DNA of 64,000 bases from the human T2T-CHM13v2.0 reference genome, Homo sapiens. Under the pieces are notes generated by a model. That model was not told where the DNA came from. It saw nothing but the letters and a program-made list of their open reading frames with translations, and ran no database searches. The translations under genes and the position numbers were made by a program. Position 1 is the stretch's first letter. Each line of letters opens with the position of its first letter. The stretch lies in NCBI RefSeq assembly GCF_009914755.1, contig NC_060931.1; one strand, given 5' to 3'. This document shows positions 12,082-24,729 of the stretch, piece by piece.

Positions 12082-12559
12082 TAATTTTCCCGAGCCTCTC
12101 TGCTGGAGTTAGGTTGGCCAAGGCACTGCACTTCACATATGCATTTCCCATACTCCAGCCTTTGTCCCTCAGTGTGACAGCTACGCTATAGTTTGGCAGC
12201 TCTCCGAATAGACCACAAGCTCCGGCAGGTGAGAGGGCTACTTCCTGCTCTTTTTTTGTAGTAGTCCGGTGACATACAAGGTGTGATGCAAAGCAAGTGT
12301 CAGCAAATAAATGTTGAATTAAAGGCAGTTGTGAAAAAGCTACCTTATTCAAGAAATAAAGAAATATGGAGAATTTTTCCCTAAAAACATTTAAAAGAGC
12401 ACAGTCTGTGGAGAGTCCCTATACATAGTTTTGCAAAGAACACATCAAAACAAGCAAATCTGGTGTGAAAGTACAGCAGGAATGAACAGGCCACGGGGAA
12501 ACGCTGTGCTTGCCTCACAGCTAGGCAGGGCCTTCTATTCTCTGCGCCAGGCCACGAGG

Positions 12560-12780
12560 GCTTGGGGACACTGGATCCCCATACAATCTGGCCTTCTCTC
12601 AGGAAGGGCAGGCATTAAATGGCCCTTTGGTCTGGCTGAGTCATTTTCTAAGCAAGGCCTTTTCCTCACCTGTAATACAAAGATAATAAACCCCATTCAT
12701 CTAATGTTAAGTATTCCCATAGAAAGGATCTAAAATAGGGCATGTGAAACTCAATTCATCAATGCTGCTTGCTGTTATAG
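12560..12780 (+). mobile_element. MIR fragment
   Basis: Core tttcctcacctgtaatacaaagataataa. Confidence 0.55.
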
Positions 12781-13095
12781 AACATTCTAGACAAGAAAAT
12801 CCAATGGTCCACTGCCCACTTTCCTGCTGCGGTTCCGTCAAACTGTGGCTAGAATCTCAACGGGAAGAGTAAACAGAACAAGTCTCAGAACGAAGAAATG
12901 CAAAAGCCCAGAGACAGACGGGTTCACCGAGTCCTTGTGCTCCTATGGGGTCTTGGTCTGCTGTCCACCCCGCGGGGGCAGGAAGACAACCCTGCAGCTG
13001 TGATTCTACAAAGATCACCTTTAAAATGGCAGAGGAAATAGCAGCTAAAGTCAGAGATGTTCTTTGGGTTCAGGAGGAGAGTGTAAGGTGGAAAG

Positions 13096-13379
13096 TGGAA
13101 GAGAGAGAGACAGAGACAGAAGCAGAAGAGAGAGAGAGGCATAGAGCGAGAGGGAAAGATGGATACAGAGAGAAGAGAGAGGAAGAGAGATAGGAGAGCA
13201 AGAGGGGGTTAGAAAGATGGAGAAAAAGAGAAAGAGAAAGAAAGAGAGACAGACAAAGACAAAAAGAGAAAGAAAGGGAGAGAGAGAGAGGGATACAGAG
13301 AGAAAGATAGAGAGAGAGAGGAGAAAGAGCTGGGCATGGAGGAAGAGAGAGAGAGAGGAAAAAGGAGGTAGGAAGGGAG
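13096..13379 (+). repeat. GA-rich polypurine low-complexity tract
   Basis: ~280 bp of (GA)n/(GAAA)n with few pyrimidines. Confidence 0.95.
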
Positions 13380-13529
13380 TCAGCTCCAAAGGAGAGGGCC
13401 TGAAAATCTCTGTTTCCCATTACCTAGCTTCTCTCATCACTTTTCCTGGGAGCTGTGAACCAGGAAGGAAGTAGGGAGGAGTCGCAGGATAGGGTAATTG
13501 ACAGCCGGCCTCTGGCATGTACCCTGTTG

Positions 13530-13640
13530 GTCACCCTGTGACCCTGGGTGATGATCTAGCCTCAGTGGCTGGGTCTCCTCATCTGTAAAATGTGGACAAC
13601 AATGCCTCATTCATACAGTTTCTCTGAGATTAAAGGAGAT
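13530..13640 (+). mobile_element. MIR core
   Basis: ctgtgaccctggg...ctcctcatctgtaaaatgtggacaacaatgcct...gagattaaaggagat. Confidence 0.7.
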
Positions 13641-14794
13641 GTCCCAAAAAGAGCTGCCCAGTTTATAGACCTGAGCTGATCCTCGTCCCAGCTGGGAAAT
13701 AGGAGGGAACGGACTTCACAGACAATGAAAGAAGCCAAGTGATCCTTGCTGAGGAGCAGGTGGTGGCCTGGAATCTAGATCTGTGCACTTCCCAGAAATG
13801 TGCTGGGGGCCCTGATTCCAGTGCAGGAAAATCAGACGCTAAAGGGGCTGTGAGAAGTGGAGAGCGGCTATTGGCCCCTCAAGGTTATGTTGAAAGCTTC
13901 TTATGAAGGAGAAGAAAACACACGAAGCTCCAGGAGTGAAGCAACTCATTCCCAGATGTGCTCACAGAGAACAGTGGTGTCTGCTTCTTTGCCAGCCATG
14001 TGACCTAAAAGATTGGTGACTCTTACAAACATGCACCATATCTCTTCCAGAATGCTTCCAATTGTGAAATCCAATCCGCTTACGATCTGCTTGCTTAAAA
14101 AACCAGCTGGAGAGGAACCTACCCATCTTCCTGCTGTACAGACAAGCCCAAGATTGCTGATCCACCCCCCAGAGATTTTATTTAAAAATGTTTGAATCAC
14201 TTTTATCAAAAGTCAAGGAGACACCATCAACCATTGCATTTTTGTCTTAGAAACCTAACTGCAGGAGGATAAATTTGTGACATTTATGAAAAATGATTTT
14301 ATAGTAGACAGGTATGAAACTTGAAGGAAATCTTGTCCTGAAGCTAAATCTGTGGTATTTATTTTAATAAATGACTTGCTCAATGAGTGAACAAAGAAGC
14401 AAACGTCAAACATACCTTCCAGGGTCCAGGAGTGAGCACTGTGAGCCCTCCCTGAGCTTCCCTAGCCACCCTTGCCTGACCTCCATCATCAGTTCCCCCA
14501 GGCCCACTGAAATCAGCTCATCTGCTCATTGACTGATCTTCTCCAAGGGCTTCTGGAAGGCAGGCCTGTAGCTAGTTCATGTTCTAGACCAAGTATTTGA
14601 TATTCTAATTATTCAGCATCTCTGCACATGCCACTCAGGTGATCCTTAGAGCTAGGAATAGATTCAGGGTTACATTATATTGCCTTTTTTGACCCCAAAT
14701 CTTGGAACTGGGACAAAACAAAAGTTTCTGACTTCAAGCCTGGATTCCTCACGCTTTCAAAGCATCCACATCTGAACAGCGTAGGAATCAACAT

Positions 14795-15020
14795 TTCATA
14801 GAAGAGAAACAATTAACATAAGAAAAACTAGCCAACTTCTCCAGCAAGCAAAATAACCAGTGAAAGTAACAATTGCTCTTCATTTTTAAACACCAAATTA
14901 GCAAAGATTTTAAAAGTGAAAATATTTCCAAATGAAAGGGCATGTAGTTAAAGAGACATTTTCGAACATTGCCATGATCAATTCTAAATTTTTCTCAGTA
15001 AATCAATTTGGCAAAATACA
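14795..15020 (+). mobile_element. Ancient L1 (L1ME-like) fragment
   Basis: caccaaattagcaaagattttaaaagtg...caatttggcaaaata resembles the L1M 3' region. Confidence 0.55.
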
Positions 15021-15638
15021 ACTTAATACCATGTTTTATTAGGTGCTTATACATATGAAATGTTTATTTCTTTAAAATTCAAACGGTAGTGCCCAGTAAA
15101 TTTGATAAAAGGATGCCTGCTTTCCTTTGTTGTACTTCACCTAGTATTTGGTAAACTCTCGCCACAAGTAGACAGAGAGCATAACCTGAGTGGGGCCATG
15201 GACTCCACTAGGATGACAAGGACCCTTAATATCATGTCACAAAATTAATGAACTCTCAAATAGAATCCACGCAGACAGCTTAGTCTGCAAATGGCACGCC
15301 AGGCTAAACCTCTCACCCGGCTCATCCATGTGGGTTGGTAAGAGTCTAAAGCCAGAAGTGAGGACCAGGGGAAGAAAGGAGAGGAAATAAAAGGTGACCA
15401 CCTTCCCGGAGAAAGAGCCCTCTAAGCACATTCTTGTGCTCCTGTTGGTGCTGTTTATTATCTCTTCCTCAAAAATCCTCTGCTTGTTTCCTGGTTAAAT
15501 GCATTCCTTGGCAGGGAGGCCTCCCCACTTCTTCCTGGTCTAATTGACTCCATAGTCCTATCTCTCTCCATCTCTCTCTACAGTTGTATTTCCTCTTTCT
15601 ACTAAAACACATGCCAGCTATTGGCAAAGAATAATACT

Positions 15639-16160
15639 ATGAGTAGCAATAGTAGCAGTAGCAGCATCAGCAGTAGTAGTAATAGCAGTAGGAACAATGG
15701 CAGTATTAGCAGCAGCAGTAGTAGTAATAGTGATAGTGATGGTAGCGTCAGCAGCCATAGCTGTAGTAGCAGTGGCAGTAGTAGCAGTGATATTAGTGCT
15801 AGCATTAGTAGCAGCATTAGTAGCAATAGCACTAGTAGTAGTTGTGGTGGCAGTGGCAGTATTAGCTGCAGTAGCAGTAGTATTAGCAGTAGCAATAGTA
15901 GGAGCAGGAATGGCAATAGCAGAAGCAGCAGTTCTAGTAGTACTGGTGGTAGCAGGAGCAGGAACAGCAGCACTATTAGTGGTAGCATTAGCAACAGCAA
16001 TAGCAATAGTATTACAGTAGTGATAGCGGCAGTATTAGTAGTACTAGTAGCAGTGGTGGTATTAGCAGCAATAGTAGCACTGGTAGGTAACAGTAACAGT
16101 AGTAGCAGGAGCAACAAGGCTCACAGTAACAGTAGCAGGAGCAGCCATAGTGGGAGTAAT
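15639..16160. repeat. Cryptic (AGC/AGT/AAT) trinucleotide repeat, ~520 bp
   Basis: Degenerate AGY triplets with 3-bp periodicity. Gives poly-Ser, poly-Val/Ala and (minus strand) poly-Leu ORFs. Confidence 0.95.
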
Positions 16161-16224
16161 AGGGGTTTGATAAATGTGGCCTATTTGATCACCAATCAGA
16201 GCTATGTAATATAATGCTATAATG

Positions 16225-16410
16225 TTGATGATAATGTTTCACGTTTATGAATCCTCAGCAAGTACCAGGAATTTGTCCCACATGAAGTCATTTCATTCTC
16301 ATAAAAACCCTGGAGGGAGTTGCTGTTATTGTGACTATTTTACAGAAGAGTAAAGCAAGCTTTCAGAGGTTAAGCCCCTTCCCCAAGGTTACACAGCTAG
16401 CATATGGCCT
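16225..16410 (-). mobile_element. MIR
   Basis: ctattttacagaagag...gaggttaagccccttccccaaggttacacagctag. Confidence 0.8.
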
Positions 16411-16699
16411 CCTCCAACCAGAGAGAAGGCCTGTGTGGGGTCCTGCTTGGTGCTGCGCATGTCCACACCAGCCTGTCTTCTGAATGGGCATCTGCAGGGA
16501 GGGGTGTGGATATCGCGGTATGAAATGTCTTGCTGGCCAATTCCCAGGTATTCCCTGGTCAAGGCCTCTTGCCTGATGGAATGGATTATCTGGGGTCAAG
16601 GAGCCACATTTGCAGCCTCTGCAAGGTGATTCTGCCTTGGCAGGCCTGTTTCCAAGCACTCTGTGTGATTCTTATGATGTCTGAGGCTGGAGACACCAG

Positions 16700-16880
16700 G
16701 CCAACAAAGGTTCCCGAAGTCGAGCAAGAACTGGAGTCCCCCGTGGGCTTGCTAGAACTCACGCTGCAGGGCCCACCCAGGGTTGACAACTCCGTAGGTA
16801 AAGGCCCAGCTGAGAATGTGCATTTCTAACAGTTCCCGGGTGATGTTGTGCTGCTGGTCCAGGGACACTGTGAAGCCAGC
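16700..16880. mobile_element. MER5A (hAT-Charlie)
   Basis: gagaatgtgcatttctaacagttcccgggtgatgttgtgctgctggtccagggacac. Confidence 0.7.
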
Positions 16881-17829
16881 TTCTTGGAAGAATGCCCTCC
16901 TCACATCTCAAGTACTCACAGTCTCTTGGCCTAACATTCGTGTTTCATTCTAAGGACCGGCACACCAAGAGGACAACAGACTTACTGTGAGAATGACATG
17001 TGATAGATTGTCATGAGTAATACTTGTTTGTTCTGGGTGTCTATAAACAGGACTGGGGTCCTATGTGATTCACTGTGCACAAGGCTGGCCCCCTCCCCAT
17101 CACCCATGGGCCTGTACCATCTCTGAGTATGAGAATGTAATTGAGAAACTCTGACCTATAAATAAAAATCACAAGTCTATCTCCTGACCTTGACCTCACC
17201 TCCATCCTCCCTCACCCTTTCCACACAGCAGCATCGCCTGGTCTGACTACAGAACAGTAGCCTAGTAGCAGGCGTGGATCCGTGCCCTTGCTCTGGGGAA
17301 TGCCTTCCTTCCTCGCAGCCCAAACCTCGTCCCTTCTAGCCCGTTAGTCAGCAGCCAGCGGCTTGAGAACATTGCGTACCCAGTCCCAGGAGAGCTCTGA
17401 CCGCCAGCCGGTGCTTCCTACTGTTTACATGGCTCTGTCCCTCATGGGGCTGTGTGTTCTTGAAAATAGTAACTGGGTCATATTCTCTAAAACTTTAGCA
17501 CACAAACAATGGTAGTAGACTTTCTATAAACATGCATTGAATTAATGTTTTTCATGTTTTTAATTTTTAAAAAATAACACACATGTGACTGATGGCTTTA
17601 AACATTTAAGACTTCTTTCCTAACCAATCAGCATACATTTTCCGCCAGCAGATAAGGAGCCATGGAAGGCACTTTGTTCTTACTTGTGCTGTGTTTATCA
17701 GGGAGCTGAAAGATACACTCCATGTCTGATCTTAGAAACGTCTGTTTTCTGAAATGTGTGTAGAGGCCCTTCCCTTTGCAAGGAAGCATCTCTCTTTTTT
17801 TCCTCTTTCAAAGATAACATAACTAGGCA

Positions 17830-18060
17830 AGCTATTATTAATTATGACAGTTAATGTTGCCCTGTTTTGACTAGTGATTTATATTTTACAGAATGTATTT
17901 ATATTAGCTGCTGCATTTTAACTTTATAGCAGTGCAGCCAGATACCTATTAACAGTATGTTTATTTTACAGATTAGAAAACTGAAACTAAGTCAAGTGGC
18001 TGCCAAAAGAAAAAGAAACGTGGTTTCCAACTGAGGTCTGTAATTCCAAAGTCAAGATTT
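17830..18060 (-). mobile_element. MIR
   Basis: tattttacagattagaaaactgaaact core. Confidence 0.6.
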
Positions 18061-18945
18061 TATTTTAATCTAACTCTATTGGAAGCAAATAGCCAGTTGT
18101 CTTCTACTTCTAGAAGAATATGCTAGAAGGTATAAACTAGTATAACTTTCTTAAAACAGCTTCTGCAACCAGGGTATTTGGATAAAGCCCTTGGGAACAA
18201 GGGGAGCCTCAAGAGGCACTCAAGTCTGTGATTCTGAAATAGGAGGGAGATTGCGGGGTAGTCACCGAAGTCAAAAAGCTGATCCCCTAAAATCAAAATG
18301 ACACCCGTTCTATCAAACTTCTCAGAAGATAATAACAATTTACTCATGTTTCTATATGTCTTCCCTAGCCCCTGTTTTGTGTTATTTTCTTCACTCCTGT
18401 ATCTCCATGCCTTAGATGATTAGAGACATAAGAAGTACTCAATAAGTGTTTGTTTAATTAATAAATAAAATTCAAACTATCCTATTGAATAGGTCTTCTA
18501 ATATAGACCATAATACTTTTTCCTGATATATTCAGTGAGTGGTTTGCCCATTTTAGTGGACACTTTAATGGCATGTAGGTCTCAGTTCATTAACACAATT
18601 CTTTCCTTAAATGCCTGTGCAATCAGGAGCTATGGAGAGAATGAATGGAATATATCCGTGTACAGGTGGAAGAGTCTACCAGTCCTGGCTGGCCCCACTT
18701 CTCTCAGGTTTTATCTACAGCTGTCATCAGCAGGATCTTCATGGGAACCATGACGAGGTCCAGCTATCCTCGTGCCTGTGAGAACCCTGGTGCCTTTTCA
18801 ACCCTACAGCTAAAAGTGTTTCAGTAGCAGAATGGGATTCAAGAGGGTGAATCAGAACTGAAGCCCCTCTGTGGATGACCTCTGGAACCACACCTACAAC
18901 TGACTAACAACCAGGACATGATCCTTTATGGCACAACTCTTATCA

Positions 18946-19385
<440 letters not shown>

Positions 19386-19869
19386 TCATTCTGTACTTCA
19401 ATTTGTACCTACTTCTCCTGACTTCTAATCTGGGGAACATATTTCTATCTAGTCCTGGCTCTGCACAACTTCCCCAAATGCAACTGTAGCTTTTTTTTCC
19501 TACAGTGTCTTTCTATGGTTTCAGCCTTCCTGAGAAATCAACCCAGCCCATCTTACTTGGTTTTTCTGACCTCCTAAGAAATGTTCCCACCAGACACTGC
19601 CTTATCTTACAAGCGTGGCCTGAGAGATGAGGACCATGGGATGGGTCATTTTGAAAAAGACAGAAAGAAAATGGGGATATATCTCATGAAACTCTAAGAT
19701 GAAGTTATTCAATGATCTTTGAAGGAAGAAAAAATAGGCAAGGAAGGATAGAGAGATTTTGAACCAGATGCTGACACCAAGAAATATTAAGGAAGAGGGC
19801 CTTCAAAGTCAGGGGATGCCTTTCCTCTCCTCCTGCTGTGGTCTGCACTCCTCTCTGTTATGACATCCA

Positions 19870-20030
19870 TTGATCACTCTGTGCTGTAATTATCTACTTA
19901 TTGATTGGCATTCCTCATCAGGCCATGAGATTTTTAAAGTCAGAGTCCATGTCTTAATTGTTTTTGTATGTATAATAATTGTAGCAGTGCCTGGCACATA
20001 GCAAATTCTCAGAATACTGACCGAATGAAG
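19870..20030 (+). mobile_element. L2 3' end
   Basis: cagtgcctggcacatagcaaattctcagaatactgaccgaatgaa. Confidence 0.7.
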
Positions 20031-20954
20031 AAAAAGAAGAGCAATAAAATAAGAGTGTGTGGTTCATCAAATACTGTAGAGCTGACTATCATGAGCATAC
20101 TTCAATGGGGACCACTTTTCACATTGCTTAGTTTCTCACATCATTACTTACGTATTTCTCTCCAATGAATACCAATTATTTCCAAAGTAGGAAACATGAA
20201 CTATTAGAGCTACGGAGCGTCTATACTAATTCTCTCTTTCTGTGAGTGAGTCTTTGCAGAGACAGACTGAAGCTGACAGCTGCTCTGAAGCTATTTGGAG
20301 CTCTCCTGTCTCCCAATCAATCTCAGTGGTGCTGCAACACTGCTCAAACCCTGGGAGGAAATCAAAGAGCATCCTCCTTCTTGCAACAGGGCCTTACTCT
20401 TTAAGTCTGACCCTGTGTTCATTCCATTCACATAAATCTAGCAATAAAATATCATGCACAGGATGTGGTATAGGTGGTTTGTTGGGCTCCAGAAAACTTT
20501 GATTGATTGGTTTAAAATGAATTAGTTCTGAGAATGGCTTATTTTTGTTTTCTCTGAGCCCTTGCACTCCCCATCTTTCTGCTCTCTGCTAGTATTGATG
20601 AAGTCCTCTGTGGGGCCAGATATGGTTTCTGGACATTCGTATGTTTCCTTCTCTTGCTAAAGTCTCAGCATGGCTTTTTAAAAATTTTGAAATTCTAAAG
20701 CTTTTGTCGTCATCCTGGGTCTGCTTTGTTGTAAATCCAGAAACTCAGTAATCTTGCAGCTGTGATTTACGCAGGCCAGGGCCTGCTGCCACATGGCTTC
20801 CATGCTGAGAAGTTTAAGGACATTGTTTAATTAACACACAAGTTTTTTCATTACATCACATTAGGGAATTTTTGAAAACTTGTATCTCCTCTCAGTTCTG
20901 CCCTTCCGCTGCCCAGGAAGTAAATACTTAAAAATTCATTGTTCAGTAATTATA

Positions 20955-21216
20955 AATGGCATGTATATTTATATATTTTTTCCATCATGTATATAGTTTT
21001 ATAATATAATGTAGGTATAATTGCTTATAAACATGTAAACATATATAGTTATATATGTATATGTTTTATAATACATAATATATACACTTTTATCTATTAG
21101 AATTATATAGGTACATAATTTTTATATATACACATAGTTTATACATATACATATCGATTATATATAATACATAAGGAATATATATGTAATAAACAGACAT
21201 TTACATATGCTATATA
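20955..21216. repeat. Degenerate (TA)n AT-rich repeat
   Basis: Interrupted TA runs directly visible. Confidence 0.85.
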
Positions 21217-21510
21217 TAGTCATGCACCACTGACACGTTTTGGTGGTCTCATAGGATTATACTATCACATTCTTACTGTACCTGCACTATGTTTAGATAT
21301 GCAAACACTTACCATTCTGTTACAGTTGTTGACAGTATTCAGTAGAGTAACATGCTGTGCAGGTTTGTAGCCCAGGAGCAATATCCTAGGTGTGTAGTAG
21401 GCTATACATCTGGGTTTGTGGAGGCACACTCTATGATGTTGGCATGATGATGAAATCACCAACAACACATTTCTCAGAAGATATCTCCATTGTTAAGCAA
21501 CAAATGACTG
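21217..21510 (+). mobile_element. Tigger3a (MER7A) MITE
   Basis: TIRs (c/t)agtcatgc / aaatgactg with TA flanks. Internal gtaacatgctgtgcaggtttgtagcccaggagcaata. Confidence 0.88.
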
Positions 21511-22109
21511 TATATCATGTTCTTTAAATTTGAAGAAGAGAATTTATCTTGTAAAATTGGAAGAAGAAATATTTCAAAAAGTTTTCAAGTTGGTTAAAAT
21601 CTTTGTAGGTACCATAGAATGACATCATTTCAGCAATATTTTATTTGATAATTAAACTCATAGAAAAATGTATCTGTCCCTGAATTTGCACCATTTGCAT
21701 CTTTCTCCTCTGTATGAAGACATGTATATATTAATAACTCAGTGAAATTGACATTACTTCTGGAAAATTGATTTAATTACGAACAATTTTCATAATCCTC
21801 AAATTAAAGCATAATATGTGTCTGTTTCTTTTTAAGTCTACCTATTTTCAATAAAATGTTGTTTGTATAAATTGAATCATAATATGTTTATTTCTTTGTT
21901 CTTAATCTTTGCCTTTTAATTTTTTATTCACTAAGTTTTGCTCAATTTTATGTAGCATTAGAGGTGTCTTCACACAAAATTGGCAACCCTGCTGAAACTG
22001 CCTTTTCATCTACATTGACCTAACCTCTCCAGTGGGCATTCCTGAACCACATCCCAACTGTATTTTGATCATTCAGTGAGGTTTCTGCAAGCCTGTGTTT
22101 CACCCTTGT

Positions 22110-22480
22110 TAAAAGATAAATGGACATAACTATCTCCAAGTACTAGCAGTGGAATATTACTCAAAGGATGGGCCACTGAAATATGCATCAATTTGGACAG
22201 ATTTCTAGATATTACTTTGAGTTTTACGAAAAGGCATTCTCAAAAGACTACATATTGTATCATTCAATTTACATAACTCTCTCCAAATAATGGGAACCCC
22301 TGGCCAGTCGTTGCCAGACATTAAGGTTTGGGAGTCTCCATAAGGGTAACCGGAGAAAGTCTTGTAGTGTTGTAGCAGATGTGCATCTTGATTTTGGTAG
22401 TAGTTACACAAAACTACCAATGTTTTAAAATTGCATAGAACTACACACACACACACACACACACACACACCCCACACAAG
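22110..22480 (+). mobile_element. L1MC/L1MD-like 3' fragment ending in (CA)n
   Basis: gtggaatattactc...tctcaaaagactacatattgtatcattc...gttacacaaaacta...aaaattgcatagaactacacac. Confidence 0.7.
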
Positions 22481-22717
22481 TTTTGTGTAACAGTTATATT
22501 CTAATTTGGCAGCTCTTCAAATAGGTCTTAATCTCCTGGAGGTGAGAAAACTAATCTTGCTCTCTCTATAATGGCTTAGAATTTTGTACTCAGCAAGAAA
22601 ATGAAAATATGACATTCATTTGTCAATGTTGCTCAGTCTAATGAGGTTTAAATGCTAGATAAGTTAGATAAATATGCTTGTATATGTTGATAAGTAATAG
22701 AAAGGTAGAATATGGTT

Positions 22718-23110
22718 AATTTATTCCTTCTTTAAGCAAATAATAGTAGAATGGCTTTAAGTGTCAGGTACTGTTCTAAGGTACTGTTCATTGCTGGGAA
22801 TACAGCAATGAACCACACAAGCAAGCCCTGGGCTTCTTGAATTCTGCGCTTCTATGGTCAAGGCGATAGATGAAAGGTAATATGTCCAGAAACAAAAGTA
22901 TTTTAAATTTTAACTTGCATAAACTTTGAAGACAGACTTGACAGGATTATAGATGGCTTAGATCCAGGAGTTAAAGAAAAAATAGTCAAAGATGTCTTTC
23001 TGTTTCCAGCTTGAAGAATAGTGGTGATATTTTCCAAAAAGTAGGAATTTATTTAGGAAGGAGTAATAACAAGAGGTTCACTGTGGGCACTTAGACTGAC
23101 CATTTAATAA
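22718..23110 (-). mobile_element. L2 fragments
   Basis: gtgtcaggtactgttctaagg...gctgggaatacagcaatgaacc (L2 3' end, antisense). Confidence 0.65.
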
Positions 23111-23450
23111 TTCAAAGATATATATGTAAATGATCATAGTTTGAAAGCTATAGATCATTTACATAATCTTCCTAATCATGGTAATGAAGTCCATCATTGG
23201 TACTACATTTTTTTTTTCATTTGTTCAGTCAATATTTACTGCTCTCAGCCCACTGCTGGGCCCAAAGAGGAAACATTAGAGTGCTAGGTAAATCCCGGGA
23301 CGGTTTTCAAAGTGAATTCACAAATATGCATCCCATGTCTTCCTCCTGGCTGTCCTGGGATGTAGGCATTAGTATCTACACTTTCTAATTGAGAAAATGA
23401 AGCCTCAAGACTTTGGTTCCTAACTTTTATGTAATTAGTAAGTACATATT

Positions 23451-23577
23451 GTACTTTTAGTAGACAGAGGGTCTCACCATGTTGCCCAGGCAGGTTTCGA
23501 ACTCCTGACCTCAAGTGATCCACCCATCTCGGCCTCCCAAAGTGCTGGGAGTACAGGTGTGAGCCACCGCGCCCAGC
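23451..23577 (-). mobile_element. Alu left monomer only, with perfect 17-bp TSD
   Basis: ATTAGTAAGTACATATT at 23434-23450 and 23578-23594. Element ends at the A-rich linker. Confidence 0.93.
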
Positions 23578-24729
23578 ATTAGTAAGTACATATTAAAACT
23601 AAGTACAAACTTCATTGCCTGTGCCTCTCCAAGAGTAATTCATGCAACAACTTGCCATGTGGTCGGGGCATCTTTCACCATCCTGAGTCTTTGGGCTTGG
23701 CCACTCAGATGTATCTCTTCGGGCTACATGGACTCACAAATCAAGGAATATGGAGTTAGTTGCAAAACCATTCTGGAGAATTCAACCTAGATGATAATAT
23801 GATCAGATAATGGAAATAAAAGTTTATAAACCGTAAAGTGCCATAAAAATATAAGAGGATGATTATTCCAGGTTTCCAACAAGGGATAGAAACATTCTTT
23901 GAGAAGAGGCTTGATATTCTCACACTGTCAACATGACTTTTCCTTTTGAATGAAAAAGATTTTATTTTCTTCTTCTCATGGGATAAGTACATGACCTTTA
24001 CAAAACAACTCCGAAGCATTTCAGTTGTACAATCATGAATTGTGCACAAGAAAGGTTTGGTCACACTCTCGCTGATGCTGTGAGCTGATGCCAGAGGAAG
24101 ACCTATGATAAACTAACACACCCATGCCAGGCCACCCTACATAAGTTTCTGAAAGTTCAGAGACTTCCTAGGAAGTCACCAAAAAGTCCCCTTGGGAATC
24201 CATGTCCTTTCAATAAAGCTCTTTCCAAGAACAAATGTTCTCAGCTAACTGGAATCCTACCAGGACTCACTTGAGATCCGTGAGTGTTTCTGTAGTACCT
24301 CCCTGAAGTTGATACTGCTGAATGTGGTGTCAGAATTCCTTTTATCTTGGAGGAGTTCCAAAAGATCCAGCAGAAGGCACACGTTTCTTCTCTTAGACCA
24401 CATCCCAGCCAGTGGGTCAATTGCACAGGTGGCAAGCATAATGATAACTAGTGATTCTGCTTTGCTGGATGCTTAGAACTTGAAGCCATTAGAAAATGCT
24501 TCTCCTACCCCTGTTGTCTCCCTGGGCTCCCTTTTAATTTTGTAATCCCTGGCACATGTGTGTTAGTCAAAATGCCTGCCAGATCATTCATGCTGAGGAA
24601 AATAAGAAAAATGGAAGGTTGGCCACCCAGGCATGAGGGTTTTCTAAGCTGCCCATATATTGGGATGGTCCCAAGTCAGAGTGAACTTAGCAGGTGGCTT
24701 CTTCAGGCTGCCAGGACCTCTGAAGGAGC

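Noticed and set aside
12924-13474. Overlapping Arg/Glu/Lys-rich and Leu/Ser-rich ORFs
   Set aside because: By-products of the GA-rich tract, which lacks stop codons.
15639-16160. Similarity to DSPP/phosphophoryn or mucin exons
   Set aside because: Lacks the regular Asp-Ser-Ser pattern, a signal peptide exon or any non-repetitive homology. Resemblance is compositional only.
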